DNA of 64,000 nucleotides from Oculina patagonica (Eukaryota): NCBI RefSeq assembly GCF_052425735.1, contig NC_135769.1, positions 20,646,001 to 20,710,000 of the forward strand, read 5' to 3'. Shown piece by piece: positions 49,461 to 61,508 of this stretch (position 1 is its first letter; each line of letters starts with the position of its first letter). The notes under the pieces were generated by a model. It saw only the letters and a program-made list of their open reading frames with translations, ran no database searches and was not told where the DNA came from. The position numbers and the translations under genes were made by a program.

Positions 49461-50348
49461 ATGATGGCAATATCGACCTTTTCTTTGGTGTACGCACTGT
49501 GTCTGGCCGCCATGATAATTTTCAACATAGCAGGCAATTCCTTGGTCTGCCTTGTAATACTAAAGAAGAAGGCAATGAAAACCTCAATCAACTGGCTTCT
49601 TTTTCACTTGGCCATCGCTGATTTACTGGTCGCTGTCTTCTTTATTCCTCCTTGCATTCTGAACCACTTCATCGAGCAACCAAGCGGAGTTATTGGAGAC
49701 ATGCTATGCAAGTTTCTGTTCGACGGGGCCTTGGGTTGGGCGGCGGCTTCATCCTCGAGCTTTCTCCTTGCGGTGATAGCTTTTGAGCGTTTCAACGCCA
49801 CAGTGCGTCCATTGGAACAACTTAGTCGTGGTCGTTCATCGTGGCTTATACCAATTCTGTGGATTCTAGCGATCTCAATGGTCATGCCAATTTTTGTGGT
49901 ATCGACCTACGATACAGAAAGTCAAATGTGCGTGGAGAACTTCCCAAATAACAGAATAGCTCGAACGTATCAACTTACTTGGTCACTTGTCAATTCAGTG
50001 CTGCCGATATGCATCATGGGATACCTATACACGCGGATCGTTTTGTGTCTACGCAACCGTGTTCTCGTGCCAGGCCCTTCTCTAAACTCCATGTCACAGT
50101 CCAGAGACAAGGTAAAAAAGATGCTCATTTCAGTCTCTGTGATCTTCGTCACGTGCTGGACCCTTCCCGCAGTGTGTTGTGTGATGGGTCTCGTGATTTC
50201 TGGCGGTTTTTCTGGCACACTGCATCACGTGTCCACAGCAAGCGCGCTGTTGAATTCTTGCCTAAATCCACTGGTGTACAGCCTTCATAGTCAACAGTTC
50301 AGGAAAAATCTCGCTTCCTTGGTGTGTAGAATACACAAAAGCAAGTAG
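49461..50348 (+). CDS. Class A GPCR 5 (295 aa)
   Basis: 7TM; FERF, CWTLP, NPLVY. Confidence 0.95.
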   Translation: MMAISTFSLVYALCLAAMIIFNIAGNSLVCLVILKKKAMKTSINWLLFHLAIADLLVAVFFIPPCILNHFIEQPSGVIGDMLCKFLFDGALGWAAASSSSFLLAVIAFERFNATVRPLEQLSRGRSSWLIPILWILAISMVMPIFVVSTYDTESQMCVENFPNNRIARTYQLTWSLVNSVLPICIMGYLYTRIVLCLRNRVLVPGPSLNSMSQSRDKVKKMLISVSVIFVTCWTLPAVCCVMGLVISGGFSGTLHHVSTASALLNSCLNPLVYSLHSQQFRKNLASLVCRIHKSK

Positions 50349-50645
50349 CTGTCATTCACAAAACAAAGAGAAAATCCAGGTCCTGGAATCAAGTTATTAC
50401 TACCATTTTCGAGCGACCGTGAACGGGAAATTTTTTTTGGCGTTTTTTTACGGGTAAGATTTTTATTTTTTTCTAGAAAAACCCTCGCGTTTTTCCACTT
50501 AACCAATTAATTTTTGGGGCCTCCATATTTATTTTTACCTCCCCCCCTGTGTTTTTTCACATGAAAATATTTTTTTTAAAATTTTTTTCTTTTTTTTTTT
50601 TTTTTTTCTATAATTTTTCCGGCAAAGGGGGTTGTTTTTTTCGCC

Positions 50646-50683
<38 letters not shown>

Positions 50684-51299
50684 TTTTTTTTTTTTTTAAT
50701 ATTTTATTTTTTTTTATAAAAACACTCTTTTTTTATAAAAAAATTTATTTTTTATAAAAAAAAAAAAAAAAAAAAAATAAAGCCCCCGCCCCCCCAAGAA
50801 AATAGTTAATTATAGATAGGTAGTTGTTTGGATTCCGATGGACTCAAACTTAAGAGCTTTATTTTCAAATCGAAAATAATGGTGTGCTTATAATATAAAT
50901 AGTTTTAATTAGCTTTTCAGTCTTGTCAATGTGGGTTTGTAAGAGTAATTACACAGCTCTGTAACGGCAGCCAGAAAAAAACAAGTTTGCAAATGTTGTC
51001 TAAGTGGTAAAATGTATTACATGAGAAGAAAAAAACTAACAAACTAAATAAATGAATAGTTCAATCAACAACCTTCTGTAACAGCCCTAGTGAGGCTTCA
51101 TGTTCGTCAGGACTCAATGAAAACCTCACCAGGACAGACAATGGTCCACCATAACCCACAAAAAGAAAAAATAATCGGAACGATCGTGAAAGTAAAGCCT
51201 ATTAACGGTTACAAATGGGTGTAATAAAGAATCCGTACAACCTATATATATGTCCAGAACATCCAATGAATGTACAATGATTCACTGAAACTTGCCAGT

Positions 51300-51638
51300 T
51301 TGAATGATATAGGTGCTTATATAGCGCATTTACAAAGCTCAATGCGCTTCACAATTAGAATTTTGGGATGAGATCGGACATCAGCATATAAGGCGCCTAT
51401 GGCAGCCGCTATCCGTCCATGTGTATGATCTCACCCCACCACCCAACCCATGGAATAGAACAGACCACAACACTGGGAACTTCATGCCCTACTCTTTGCG
51501 ATGAGTGTGTGGGTTCTTTAACGTCCCCTGCTGATTATAACACTGAAGATGCAGGAGACGGGGCCTACGGTTTATCGTCCTTATCCGAGAAGACTAGAAT
51601 GTCTAACCATTTGCAGATGTAATTACAAAGGCAGCACA

Positions 51639-51679
<41 letters not shown>

Positions 51680-51740
51680 TGGGAGTCGAACCCGAGACCT
51701 CCCGCACGTCAGTCCGGCGCTCTACCACCAAGCTAACCAG
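51300..51740 (-). mobile_element. tRNA-derived SINE with a Deu/Nin-like central domain
   Basis: Minus strand head GGTTAGCTTGGTGGTAGAGCG...GGTTCGACTCC; body GGATAAGGACGATAAACCGTAGGCC...TTAAAGAACCCAC...AAGAGTAGGG resembles the Deu/Nin SINE core from memory. Confidence 0.75.
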
Positions 51741-51741
51741 A

Positions 51742-52572
51742 CTTTCAACGTACAGATTGTGCCTTTTGGGAAAAACACCGCCACGTGAATTCAGCCTAAT
51801 ATTCACTCCAGGTTGAAAAGAGCCAAATAAGAAGTGTCACATGAGGCACTGAAAACGAAGATTTTCGGCCCTGACATTGAAATACATAAAGTATCTTAAA
51901 GCTTAATTTTTCTCCAGATCCAGCAAAACCAGTCCGTTTGAAACTTTTTAAGTTTCAAAAAACCAGTCCGTTTGAAACTTTTAAGTTTCAAAAAACAGGA
52001 AAAAAACATCACCACATGAATTCAGGCATATGTTCATTACAGGTTCAGGAACAAGAAAGTGCCACACGAGGCACTTTTAAAAAATGAAGATTTTTGACCC
52101 TTGTGTTGAAATTCCACCAAATGGATTAAAGCTTATTTTCACTCCAGATACCCAGATACAGCACAAACAGCCAGTTTTAGACTTTAAATGTACAGTTTGG
52201 GTCTTTTTGGAAAATTGCCAACACGTTGATTTAGCCTAAAGTTCACTCCAAGTAAAAAAATATCGAATAAAAAAGTGCCACATGAACGCTTGAAAATGAA
52301 CATTTTTGGCCCTTGTGTTAAAATGCCAACACAAAGATTAAAGCTTATCTTCACTCCAGATCCAGCAAAACTTGCCAGATTGAGATTTTAAGTTACAGTC
52401 TCCGCCGTTTTGGAAAAACGCCACCATGTAGATTCCACCTAAATTACACTCCAGGTTCAAAAGAATCGAATAAGACAGTGCCACATGAGCCACTGAAAAA
52501 TGTTCATTTACAGTCCCTCATGTGGCACATCCTTATTCGATACTTTTTTACCTGGAGTGAACTTTAGGCTCT
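51742..52572. repeat. ~203 bp satellite array 1, with an inverted partial unit at the right end
   Basis: Recurring AGCCTAAWGTTCACTCCAGG...AAAGTGCCACATGAGGCACT; 52519-52571 is in reverse orientation. Confidence 0.88.
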
Positions 52573-52724
52573 GATGATTATATAACGAGTTAAAAAACTG
52601 AATAATCCGAAAATGTTTCACGTCTGCGTGATAATACAGTCGAAAATAGGAAGGAGAAAATTTCCGGCACAATCAGCAAGATATCGTTATTATCTTCACC
52701 TAATCAAACTGTTTTATTAATTAA

Positions 52725-53293
52725 CTAGTAATGATATATTTACGTGACTCGCAGGGCCTCGCGAAGCTCTGGGTTGAGGGAGGGGGGGGGGGGGTGTTAT
52801 AAATAAGGAGTGGATTATTTGAAGTTGAACATTAATTGAATTGTAACGGGCATGGCCGAAAGGAAACCCTCGTTCCCAGGGTCTACTCCGCTTTGAAGAT
52901 GGCGGCTCTTTCTGGTTCGTAAAGAGGTATAAAGCGTTGGGAAGCGCAGGCTATTTTAACGAAATCATCGGACGGGGAAATTATTGGATAGTCGCATTTT
53001 GAGGAGAGACATTTATTTGAGGGCAATATATTAACCAAAAAAGAGTAGGGAAAACGAACGGCAGGGATGATTTCGAACCCTCCGCCCGCGCGCCCCTGAT
53101 GGCGATGAAAGGTTTATTAAGCCTTCGAATAGGCGTTGAGGGAGTATTATGTGGAAATCAGTGTTATTTTATTCCGAAAAGAAAAACGATAAAAATGAAA
53201 GGCTCAGAATTCGAACCCACAATTAAATTTAAAAGTAATAATAAAAAAAACCCAAGCCGGATTCGAACCCTCGCCCTCAGTCCTTTTCGAAGA
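52725..53293 (-). mobile_element. Possible non-autonomous Helitron (low-quality sequence)
   Basis: Plus strand reads A|CTAG...GA|T, i.e. minus-strand TC...CTAG between A and T; GC-rich subterminal segment; repeated TTCGAACCC. The flanks are not a clean empty site. Confidence 0.35.
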
Positions 53294-53672
53294 TCTAATT
53301 TACTATAATTTACTTTGTTGCTTAACATATGTTAACTAATTTTAAATCTGATTTGTGATACGTTATGTAAAGACAACCCTTTCTTTCTGTGAGGAAAATG
53401 GGCGCGCAAGGGAGGATGGGAAGGCGAAAGGAAGAGAGACGTCTCTTCTTTCTTCTTCCCTTGGTTTCTCACGCTTCGCGCACGTCACCAGCCGCTCGCG
53501 CTTCGCGCTCGCCTTTGTTTTTTGCAGCCTAAAATGCGAAGAACCTGAAAAGGAGGCAGCAAATATATTATTACTCTCCTTTTCCCCGTCTCAAGTGTTA
53601 ATTAACTTTAAAGTTTTTGTTAGCTAAACATTACAGTTTCTTATTCAGAAAAGAATTCGATTTTCAAATCCA

Positions 53673-54554
53673 ATGATGGCAATATCGACCTCCTCTCTGG
53701 TGTACGCACTGTGTCTGGCCGCCATGATAATTTTCAACATAGCAGGCAATTCTCTCGTGTGCCTTGTAATACTGAAGAAGAAAGCAATGAAAACCTCGAT
53801 CAACTGGCTTCTTTTTCACTTGGCCATGGCGGATTTACTGGTCGCTGTCTTCTTCATTCCTCCTTGCATTCTGAGTCACTTCATTGAGCAACCAAGCGGC
53901 GTTATTGGAGACTTGCTGTGCAAGTTCATTACCGGTGGAGGCTTGGGTTGGGTGGCAGCTGTAGCCTCAAGCTTTCTACTAGTGGCGATAGCTTTTGAGC
54001 GTTTCAATGCCACCGTACGTCCACTGGAACAACTCAGTCGTGGTCGGTCATCCTGGTTGGTACCAATTCTGTGGATTCTAGCCATCTTATTGATCACACC
54101 CATGTTTGTGGTATCGATTTACGATGCAGAAAATCACATGTGTGAGGCGAACTTCCCAGATTATGCAACAGCTCGAGGATATTACCTTTTTTGGTCATTT
54201 TGTAATGAATTTCTACCTATAAGCATCATGGGATACCTGTACACGCGGATTATTTTATGTCTTCGCAACCGTGTTCTCGTACCAGGCTGCTCTCCAAACT
54301 CCGTATCACAGTCCAGAGATAAAGTAACTAAGATGCTCATCACAGTCTCTGTCATCTTCATCGCGTGCTGGACGCCTCCCGCAGTGCTTTGCGCACTGAC
54401 TCCCATGATTCCTGGCCAGCGCGCCACAGTTTATTCTGTGGCCAAAGCAAGCGCGCTGTTGAATTCCTGCCTCAATCCACTGGTGTACACACTTCATAGT
54501 CAACAGTTCAGGAAGAATCTCGCTGCACTGGCGTCTTGCATCAAAAGGAAGTAA
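53673..54554 (+). CDS. Class A GPCR 6 (293 aa)
   Basis: 7TM; FERF, CWTP, NPLVY. Confidence 0.95.
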   Translation: MMAISTSSLVYALCLAAMIIFNIAGNSLVCLVILKKKAMKTSINWLLFHLAMADLLVAVFFIPPCILSHFIEQPSGVIGDLLCKFITGGGLGWVAAVASSFLLVAIAFERFNATVRPLEQLSRGRSSWLVPILWILAILLITPMFVVSIYDAENHMCEANFPDYATARGYYLFWSFCNEFLPISIMGYLYTRIILCLRNRVLVPGCSPNSVSQSRDKVTKMLITVSVIFIACWTPPAVLCALTPMIPGQRATVYSVAKASALLNSCLNPLVYTLHSQQFRKNLAALASCIKRK

Positions 54555-56075
54555 ATCCCATTCACTCCAATCGAGGGCAAACAACGATTCTGAAATCAAA
54601 TTTATGAATTTAAACTGTCTTGAAAGCCTGTTCGTGTTAACTTTCGATCTTCATGTCAGAGTATTAAGGTTCTTGCAGTTGGTCAACAACTAGCAGTCGA
54701 TAATTATGACTTGAAGAGAATAGAGACGCTCTAGCTCGTTAAACATTCAACAGACTACGATACACTGCCAGTCATTTGTAAATAAACAATCGCAATTTAT
54801 TATATTATTGCTCTGTTGCTGAAAAAATATTCTCAAACTCATTAACAATTCATCAAGTGAGAACAAAGAAAATCATAATCGTGAAAGAGCAGTTTGAATA
54901 CCCGGTCTTAATTAGCTCGGTTTACTCCGTAGTTTTTGTTTCGATTGAGAAGATATAAAAAAAACACTCGAGCTAGTGTCTCTTCGGCTATCCAAACACC
55001 TCGAATTTCGTTAAAAAAAACTTCGCTGCGTGTCGTAATTTCAACTCTCTTCTCGGTGTTTGGATATCCTGATGAAACACTGTCTCTCTTGTTTGATATT
55101 TCACTACCAATATCTGTCCAGAACATCGAACTGTAAAGTACACTGTCATGATTTTTAGCATGATTGTAAAACAAGTTCAAAACTGAAGAGTCCGATAACT
55201 TTTCATATTTGCATGATAATACAGGCAAAAATAGGTACGAGGAAATTTCGGAAACAATCAGCAAGATAGCTAATTTTCTTGACCTCATAAAACTGTTTTA
55301 TTTTTAACAGGTTAAAAATCTGGCAGGACTTAAATAGTTGTAGATTATGATAAAAGTAAAGGATATTAAAAGTACAGGTTTCGCACTATTTGTAACAAAA
55401 ATAATAAATTTATTGTAACTCATAAGTTATAAGCTTCATAGCCAGATAGTTTTAAAACTATCTGTTGGCAAAACCTGTTAAGAGCTCAGAAAAAGTCAAG
55501 ATGTTTTACAGTTTGTACACAAAAGAAATCATTACCTCGTTTCTGATTTCAACTCTACTACTAAGCGAATAGGAAACAGTATCTGTGAAAAGGACTATTG
55601 TCAAAGAATGAAAGTTTTAATTAAATTTCCCCATCCTACCTGACTGTAGGTGACATTTCAATTCTAAAACACATCATTTGTCTTAGAAGACGACTAATAA
55701 TTCGGTTAGAGTTGAAACAATTAACCAAAAACAGAGCAGGGATTTCAAAGACATTTTGTAAGTATTTAAACTTTACAGAACTTCACGCAGAATGCGTTTG
55801 AGATATTATTTTTAATTCGAAAGAAAGAAAATTCAGTTATTTTTTGTACAAGAAATGATGATTTGTGTTCTACCGTAAAGGAAATATTGATCCCTCGTTT
55901 AAATATTGATCCATTCAGTGTTTAAATGTGCAGATATTATATTGTTCTACATTTTGACTTGGAATAATTTTTATGGGTCCAACGGTTTTACTGATAATAG
56001 TTTTAGCTGAGTACATCATTTGCCAAACTTTTATTATTCGAAATATGATGGACGCCTACTAACAGTATATCTCGT

Positions 56076-56345
56076 ATGAAATGAATATATGAAATTCATA
56101 TATTTGTACTGCAGATATATATTTCATATATTCATTTCATATCTTCTCCGTCCACGGGTATATTACGAACTCACAATTGACCAGCTCCCAGTTGGCTTGA
56201 TAGCTCAGTTGGTTAGAGCGCTGCACTAGTATCGCAGAGGTCATGGGTTCGATTCCCCGTTCAAGCCTGAATTTTTTTCAGGCTTGCTTTTCTCAACTGC
56301 TTAAGTTGAGTACATTACTGCGATGATCTTTCATTTGCTTAAAAA
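56076..56345 (+). mobile_element. tRNA-related SINE-like repeat
   Basis: GGCTTGATAGCTCAGTTGGTTAGAGCG...GGTTCGATTCCCCGTTCAAGCC; flanked by AGTATATCTCGT / AGTATATCTAGT. Confidence 0.75.
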
Positions 56346-56746
56346 AGTATATCTAGTGTTTTAATTTTCGATATTTAGGTGAAAAACAACTCATTCCAAA
56401 TCTAGTGTTTGAAGTATGTTCATTCTTGTAAAATGTTTTACGATTAAAGGCAAACAAAGAGTTTCAGTTGGTCAACAAATAGCAACAATATGTGATGAAT
56501 GTTGACAGAGGAAGCTTGCCAATATGTTAAAATGAATAGATACGTGATTTAGTTCGTTCAACATTCAACAGGATACAATGCCGTCGTTAAAAGTATTTGT
56601 CGAGCTACAATTGCAGTTTATAAATTTTTTACTTCTTCATCAACTTATGTTGACCAATGTATAAATCTGCTCAGTAACACTCTCCTTTTCCTAGTCTTAC
56701 AGAAAACGTTTACTTTCAGAGACGAATTTGAATTTCAAATCCAAGG

Positions 56747-57628
56747 ATGGCAATATCGACCTTTTCTTTGGTGTACGCACTGTGTCTGGCCGCCATGATA
56801 ATTTTCAACATAGCAGGGAATTCCTTGGTCTGCCTTGTAATACTTAAGAAGAAAGCAATGAAAACCTCGATCAACTGGCTTTTCTTCCACTTGGCCATCG
56901 CTGATTTACTGGTCGCTGTCTTCTTTATTCCTCCTTGCATTCTGAACCACGTTATCGAGCAACCAAGTGGCCTTATTGGAGACATGCTGTGCAAGTTCAT
57001 TACAGGTGGGGCCTTGGGGTGGGTGGCGGCTGCATCCTCGAGCTTTCTATTGGTGGCGATAGCTTTTGAGCGTTACAAAGCCACCGTGCGTCCACTGGAA
57101 CAACTCAGTCGTGTTCGGTCATCCTGGCTGGTACCAATTCTGTGGATTCTAGCGTTGTTATTGGTCACGCCCGTTTTTGTTGTATTGACGTACGATGCAG
57201 AAAATCAGATGTGCATGGCGAACTTCTCAAATTACGCAACTGCTTGGGCGTATTACCTTTTTTGGTCATTTTGCAATGAATTTCTACCTATAAGCATCAT
57301 GGGATATCTGTACACGTGGATCATTTTGTGTCTGCGCAACCGTGTTCTCGTTCCAGGCTCTTCTCCAAGTTCCGTTTCACAGTCCAGAGATAAGGTAACC
57401 AAGATGCTCATTTCAGTCTCCGCCATCTTCATCACGTGCTGGACCCCTCCCGCAGTGCTTTGTGTACTGAGTCCCGTGATTTCTGGCGGGTACGCCACAG
57501 TGTTTCATGTTGCTACAGCATGCGCACTGTTGAATTCATGCCTCAATCCACTGGTGTATACCCTTCATAGTCAACAGTTCAGGAAAAATCTTGCTTCGTT
57601 GGTGTGCAGAGTACACAAAAGCAAGTAG
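56747..57628 (+). CDS. Class A GPCR 7 (293 aa)
   Basis: 7TM; FERY, CWTP, NPLVY. Confidence 0.95.
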   Translation: MAISTFSLVYALCLAAMIIFNIAGNSLVCLVILKKKAMKTSINWLFFHLAIADLLVAVFFIPPCILNHVIEQPSGLIGDMLCKFITGGALGWVAAASSSFLLVAIAFERYKATVRPLEQLSRVRSSWLVPILWILALLLVTPVFVVLTYDAENQMCMANFSNYATAWAYYLFWSFCNEFLPISIMGYLYTWIILCLRNRVLVPGSSPSSVSQSRDKVTKMLISVSAIFITCWTPPAVLCVLSPVISGGYATVFHVATACALLNSCLNPLVYTLHSQQFRKNLASLVCRVHKSK

Positions 57629-57904
57629 TTGTAATTCTGAAAACAAAGAGAAAACCCTGATCCTGAAATCAAGTTATTAGTTAATTATAGGTAGGTTCTA
57701 GTTTGGATTCCGATGGACTCAAACTTAAGAGCTTTATTTCCAAATCGAAAATAATGGTGTGCTTATAATGTAAGTAGTTTTAATCAGCTTTTCAGTCTTA
57801 TCAATGTGGGTTTGTAAGAATAATTACACAGCTCTGTAACGCCAGCCAGAAAAAAACGTGTTTGCAAATGTTGTGTAATAAAAACAATGTTTAAGTGATA
57901 GATA

Positions 57905-58231
57905 CAGTCACCTTATTCGATGGTTTAACATATAATACGCGCGGATATTTTGCGAGTTGCGTAGAACGAGCAATGAGCAAAATGTCCGTTCGTATTATAT
58001 GTTAAAGCATCGAATAAGGAATTTATTATTCCACTATTTTTTACACTAAGTTTGGCTCGGTATTCCGTAAGTTTGTCCGTCCGTATTTTTGCCCCGTTGT
58101 ACTGTGTAATAACGTGGTATATTTTTTCGCGTTCTTTTGCCCTAATATGGTAAAATGGCGCAATAGTGCAATAATTAAGAATTAATCTATGAGCCCGCGT
58201 TGGATACGAGGTGGTAAATAGCCAACGAGGC
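57905..58231. mobile_element. Hairpin plus IR-bounded element (Crypton-like)
   Basis: Hairpin CTTATTCGATGGTTTAACATATAATACG / CGTATTATATGTTAAAGCATCGAATAAG, then TTATTCCACTATT ... AATAGTGCAATAA. Confidence 0.65.
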
Positions 58232-59520
58232 TGACTGAAAACGAAGATTTTTGGCCCTTGAGTTGAAATGCCATCACAAAGATTAAAACTGATTTTTTAC
58301 CCGAGATACAGCAAAACCTACCAGTTGGACCCTTGAAAGGTACAGTTTGGGCCTTTTTTGTAAAAACGCCACCACGTGGATGGAGCCTAATGTTCACTCC
58401 AGGGTCCAAAAGAATCGAGTAAGAAAATGCGACATGCATTAGGCACTGTACAGGAAGATTTTTGGCCCTCGTGTTGAAATGCCACCTCATAAATTAAAGC
58501 TTATTTACTCTCCACATCCAGTGAAACCTGCCAGTTTGAGACTTGAAATGTATAGTGTGGGCCTTTTTGGAAAAGCGCCACCACGTGAATTTAGCCTACT
58601 GATTGCTCCAGGTCCAAAAGAATTGAATACGAAAGTGCCACATGAGGCAACGAAATGACGATTTTTGGCCCTTGTGTTGAATTGCCACCACATAGATTAA
58701 AGCTTATTCTCCCTCCCGATCCAGCGGAGCCTGCCAGTTTGAGTTTTAAATTTACAATTTGGGCCGTTTTCGAAAAACGCCACCTCGTGAATTCAGCCTA
58801 AAGTTCACTCCAGGTTAAAAAGTATCGAATAAGAAAGTGGCACATGGGGCACTGTAAAGGAAGATTGTTGACTTTTTTGTTGAAATGCCACCACGTAGAT
58901 TAAAGTTTGCTTCCACTCTAGATCAAGCAAAACCTGCCAGTTTGAGACTGGAAATGTACAGTCTGTTCCTTTTTGGAAAAATGCCAACACGTGGATTCGG
59001 CCTAAAGTTCACTCCAAATCCAAATGAATCAAATAAGAAAGTGTTACACGATTGACTGAAATTGAACATTTTTCGCCCTTGTGTTGAAATGCCACCAGGT
59101 AGATAAAATTTATTTCCACTCCAGATCCAGCAACACCTTCCAGTTTGAGACTTGAAATGTACAGTTTCGGCCTTTTTGGAAAACAGCCTGCTTCTTGAAT
59201 TCAGCCTAAAGTGCACTCCATGTACAAAAGACTGAATCAAATGACATTTCGGCCTTTGTATTGAAATGCCACCACATCGATTAAAGCTTATTTTCTCTCC
59301 AGTTCCCGAGAAACCTGACAGATTGAGACTTACAATAGACACTTTGAGCCTTTTTGGAAAAACGCCACCACGTCAATTTAGCCTAATGTTTACCCCAGGT
59401 CCAAAAAAATCGAATAAGAAAGTGCCACATGAGGCACTTTAAATAAAGATTTTTGGCCCTTGTGTTGAAATGCCATCACATAAATTAAAGATTATTTATA
59501 CTCCAGGTCTAGCTAAACCT
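58232..59520. repeat. ~203 bp satellite array 2 (~6 units)
   Basis: CCAGTTTGAG recurs at 58531, 58734, 58937 and 59140. Confidence 0.92.
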
Positions 59521-60251
59521 TTAATAATAATATAACAAGTAGGAAAACCGAATAGTCTAAAAACTTTTCATATCTGCATAATAATAAAGTCGACAATAGG
59601 AAGTAGAAATTTTCAGGCTTAATCAGCAAGATATTGTGATTATCTTCACCTAATAAAACTGTTTAAGGCTTAAAATCGGGAAGGACTTGGATAGTGCTAT
59701 ATTTATGATGCTAGTAAAAAAATGTTAAAACTGCAGGTTCCACAGTATTTTTTAAATGAACGAATACGTTTCTGTTAACTCATAAGTTATAAGTTCACAG
59801 CTAGTTCTTATCTGTATGCTTAAACTGTTTAGAAGCTGAAAAAAGACAAGATGTTTAACAGCTTGTACGCAAACTAAATCATTACCTCGCTTCTGGATTT
59901 TACTCCTCTGCTAAGCGAATAGAAAACGGTGTCTGTGAAAAGGACTACTGTCAAGGAAGAAAAGGTCCATTTTAATTAAATTTTTCTATCCTATAGTGAC
60001 TGTGGGTGACATTGTAATTTCAAAGACGCATCAATTTGTCATGGAAGATGACTAATAACTTGTTAGGAGTTGAAACGATAAATTAACCAAAGACAGAGCA
60101 GGGATTTAACGAAGCTTGATAAGTACCTGAGGAGGAGGCAGCAAATATTAAACTACTCTACTTTTCCCCGTCTTAAAAGTTTACTAATTTAAGAGTTTCT
60201 TATAGAGAAAACGATTACTTTCAGTAACGAATTTGAATTTCAAATCCAAGG

Positions 60252-61130
60252 ATGGCAATATCGACCTTTTCTTTGGTGTACGCAGTGTGTCTGGCCGCCA
60301 TGATAATATTCAACATAGCAGGCAATTCTCTGGTTTGCCTTGTAATACTGAAGAAAAAAGCAATGAAAACCTCAATCAACTGGCTTCTTTTCCATCTGGC
60401 CATCGCTGATTTACTGGTCGCTGTCTTCTTCATTCCTCCTTGCATTCTGAGCCACTTCATGGAGCAACCAAGCGGAGTTATTGGAGATCTGCTGTGCAAG
60501 TTTTTCTTCAGTGGCGTCCTTGGTTGGGTGGCAGCTGTAGTCTCAAGCTTCCTACTGGTGGCGATAGCTTTTGAGCGTTATAACGCCACCTTACATCCAT
60601 TAGAAACACTGAGTCGAAACCGGTCATCTTGGTTGGTACCCTTTCTTTCCATTCTAGCCATCCTTTTGGTCACACCCATGTTTGTGGTATCGACCTATGA
60701 TGCAGAAAATCAGATGTGCGTGAAACACTTCCCAGATTATCCAACAGCTCGAGCTTATTACCTGTTTTGGTCATTTTGCAATGAGTTTCTTCCCATAAGC
60801 ATCATGGGATACCTGTACACGAGGATCAGTTTGTGCCTGCGCAACCGTGTTCTTGTACCAGGCTGCTCTCCAAACGCCATGTCACAGTCAAGAGGTAAGG
60901 TGACCAAGATGCTCATCACAGTCTCCGTCATCTTCATCGCGTGCTGGACCCCTCCCGCAGTGCTTTGCGTGTTGTCTCCCGTGATTCCTGGCGAGCGTGC
61001 CACAGTTTCTTATGTGGCCAAAGCCAGTGCGCTTTTGAATTCCTGCCTCAATCCACTGGTGTACACCCTTCATAGTCAGCAGTTTAGAAAGAATCTCGCT
61101 TCACTGGCGTCTTGCTTCAAAAGGAGGTAG
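60252..61130 (+). CDS. Class A GPCR 8 (292 aa)
   Basis: 7TM; FERY, CWTP, NPLVY. Confidence 0.95.
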   Translation: MAISTFSLVYAVCLAAMIIFNIAGNSLVCLVILKKKAMKTSINWLLFHLAIADLLVAVFFIPPCILSHFMEQPSGVIGDLLCKFFFSGVLGWVAAVVSSFLLVAIAFERYNATLHPLETLSRNRSSWLVPFLSILAILLVTPMFVVSTYDAENQMCVKHFPDYPTARAYYLFWSFCNEFLPISIMGYLYTRISLCLRNRVLVPGCSPNAMSQSRGKVTKMLITVSVIFIACWTPPAVLCVLSPVIPGERATVSYVAKASALLNSCLNPLVYTLHSQQFRKNLASLASCFKRR

Positions 61131-61508
61131 TTCCTACTCATTCCAATCGAGGACAAAAACGGTTCTGGAATCAAAGTTATGGATTTAAACTGTCTTAAAG
61201 CCTGTTTGCATTTGGAAAAATATCATCGTGTTTAATTTTCGATCTTCGTGTGCGATGTAACCCATTCCAAATCTAGTGTTTGAGACATGTATATCCTAGA
61301 AAAATAATTCATGATTCATGATAGTCACAGTATAAAGGCTCTTGCAGTTGATCAACAAAAAAACACTGTACAGTCGATAACTTGAAGAGAATAGAGGCAT
61401 GTACTAGTTCATTAAACATTCAACAAACTACGATGCACTGCTAAACATTTGTCTATAAACAATCGCAATTTGTTATATTTTTCTCTGTTGCTAAAAAAAT
61501 GTTGACCC

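Noticed and set aside
5812-61073. Recurrent antisense and alternative-frame ORFs over each GPCR
   Set aside because: Shadows of the conserved sense codons; their starts and lengths vary and they have no independent motifs.
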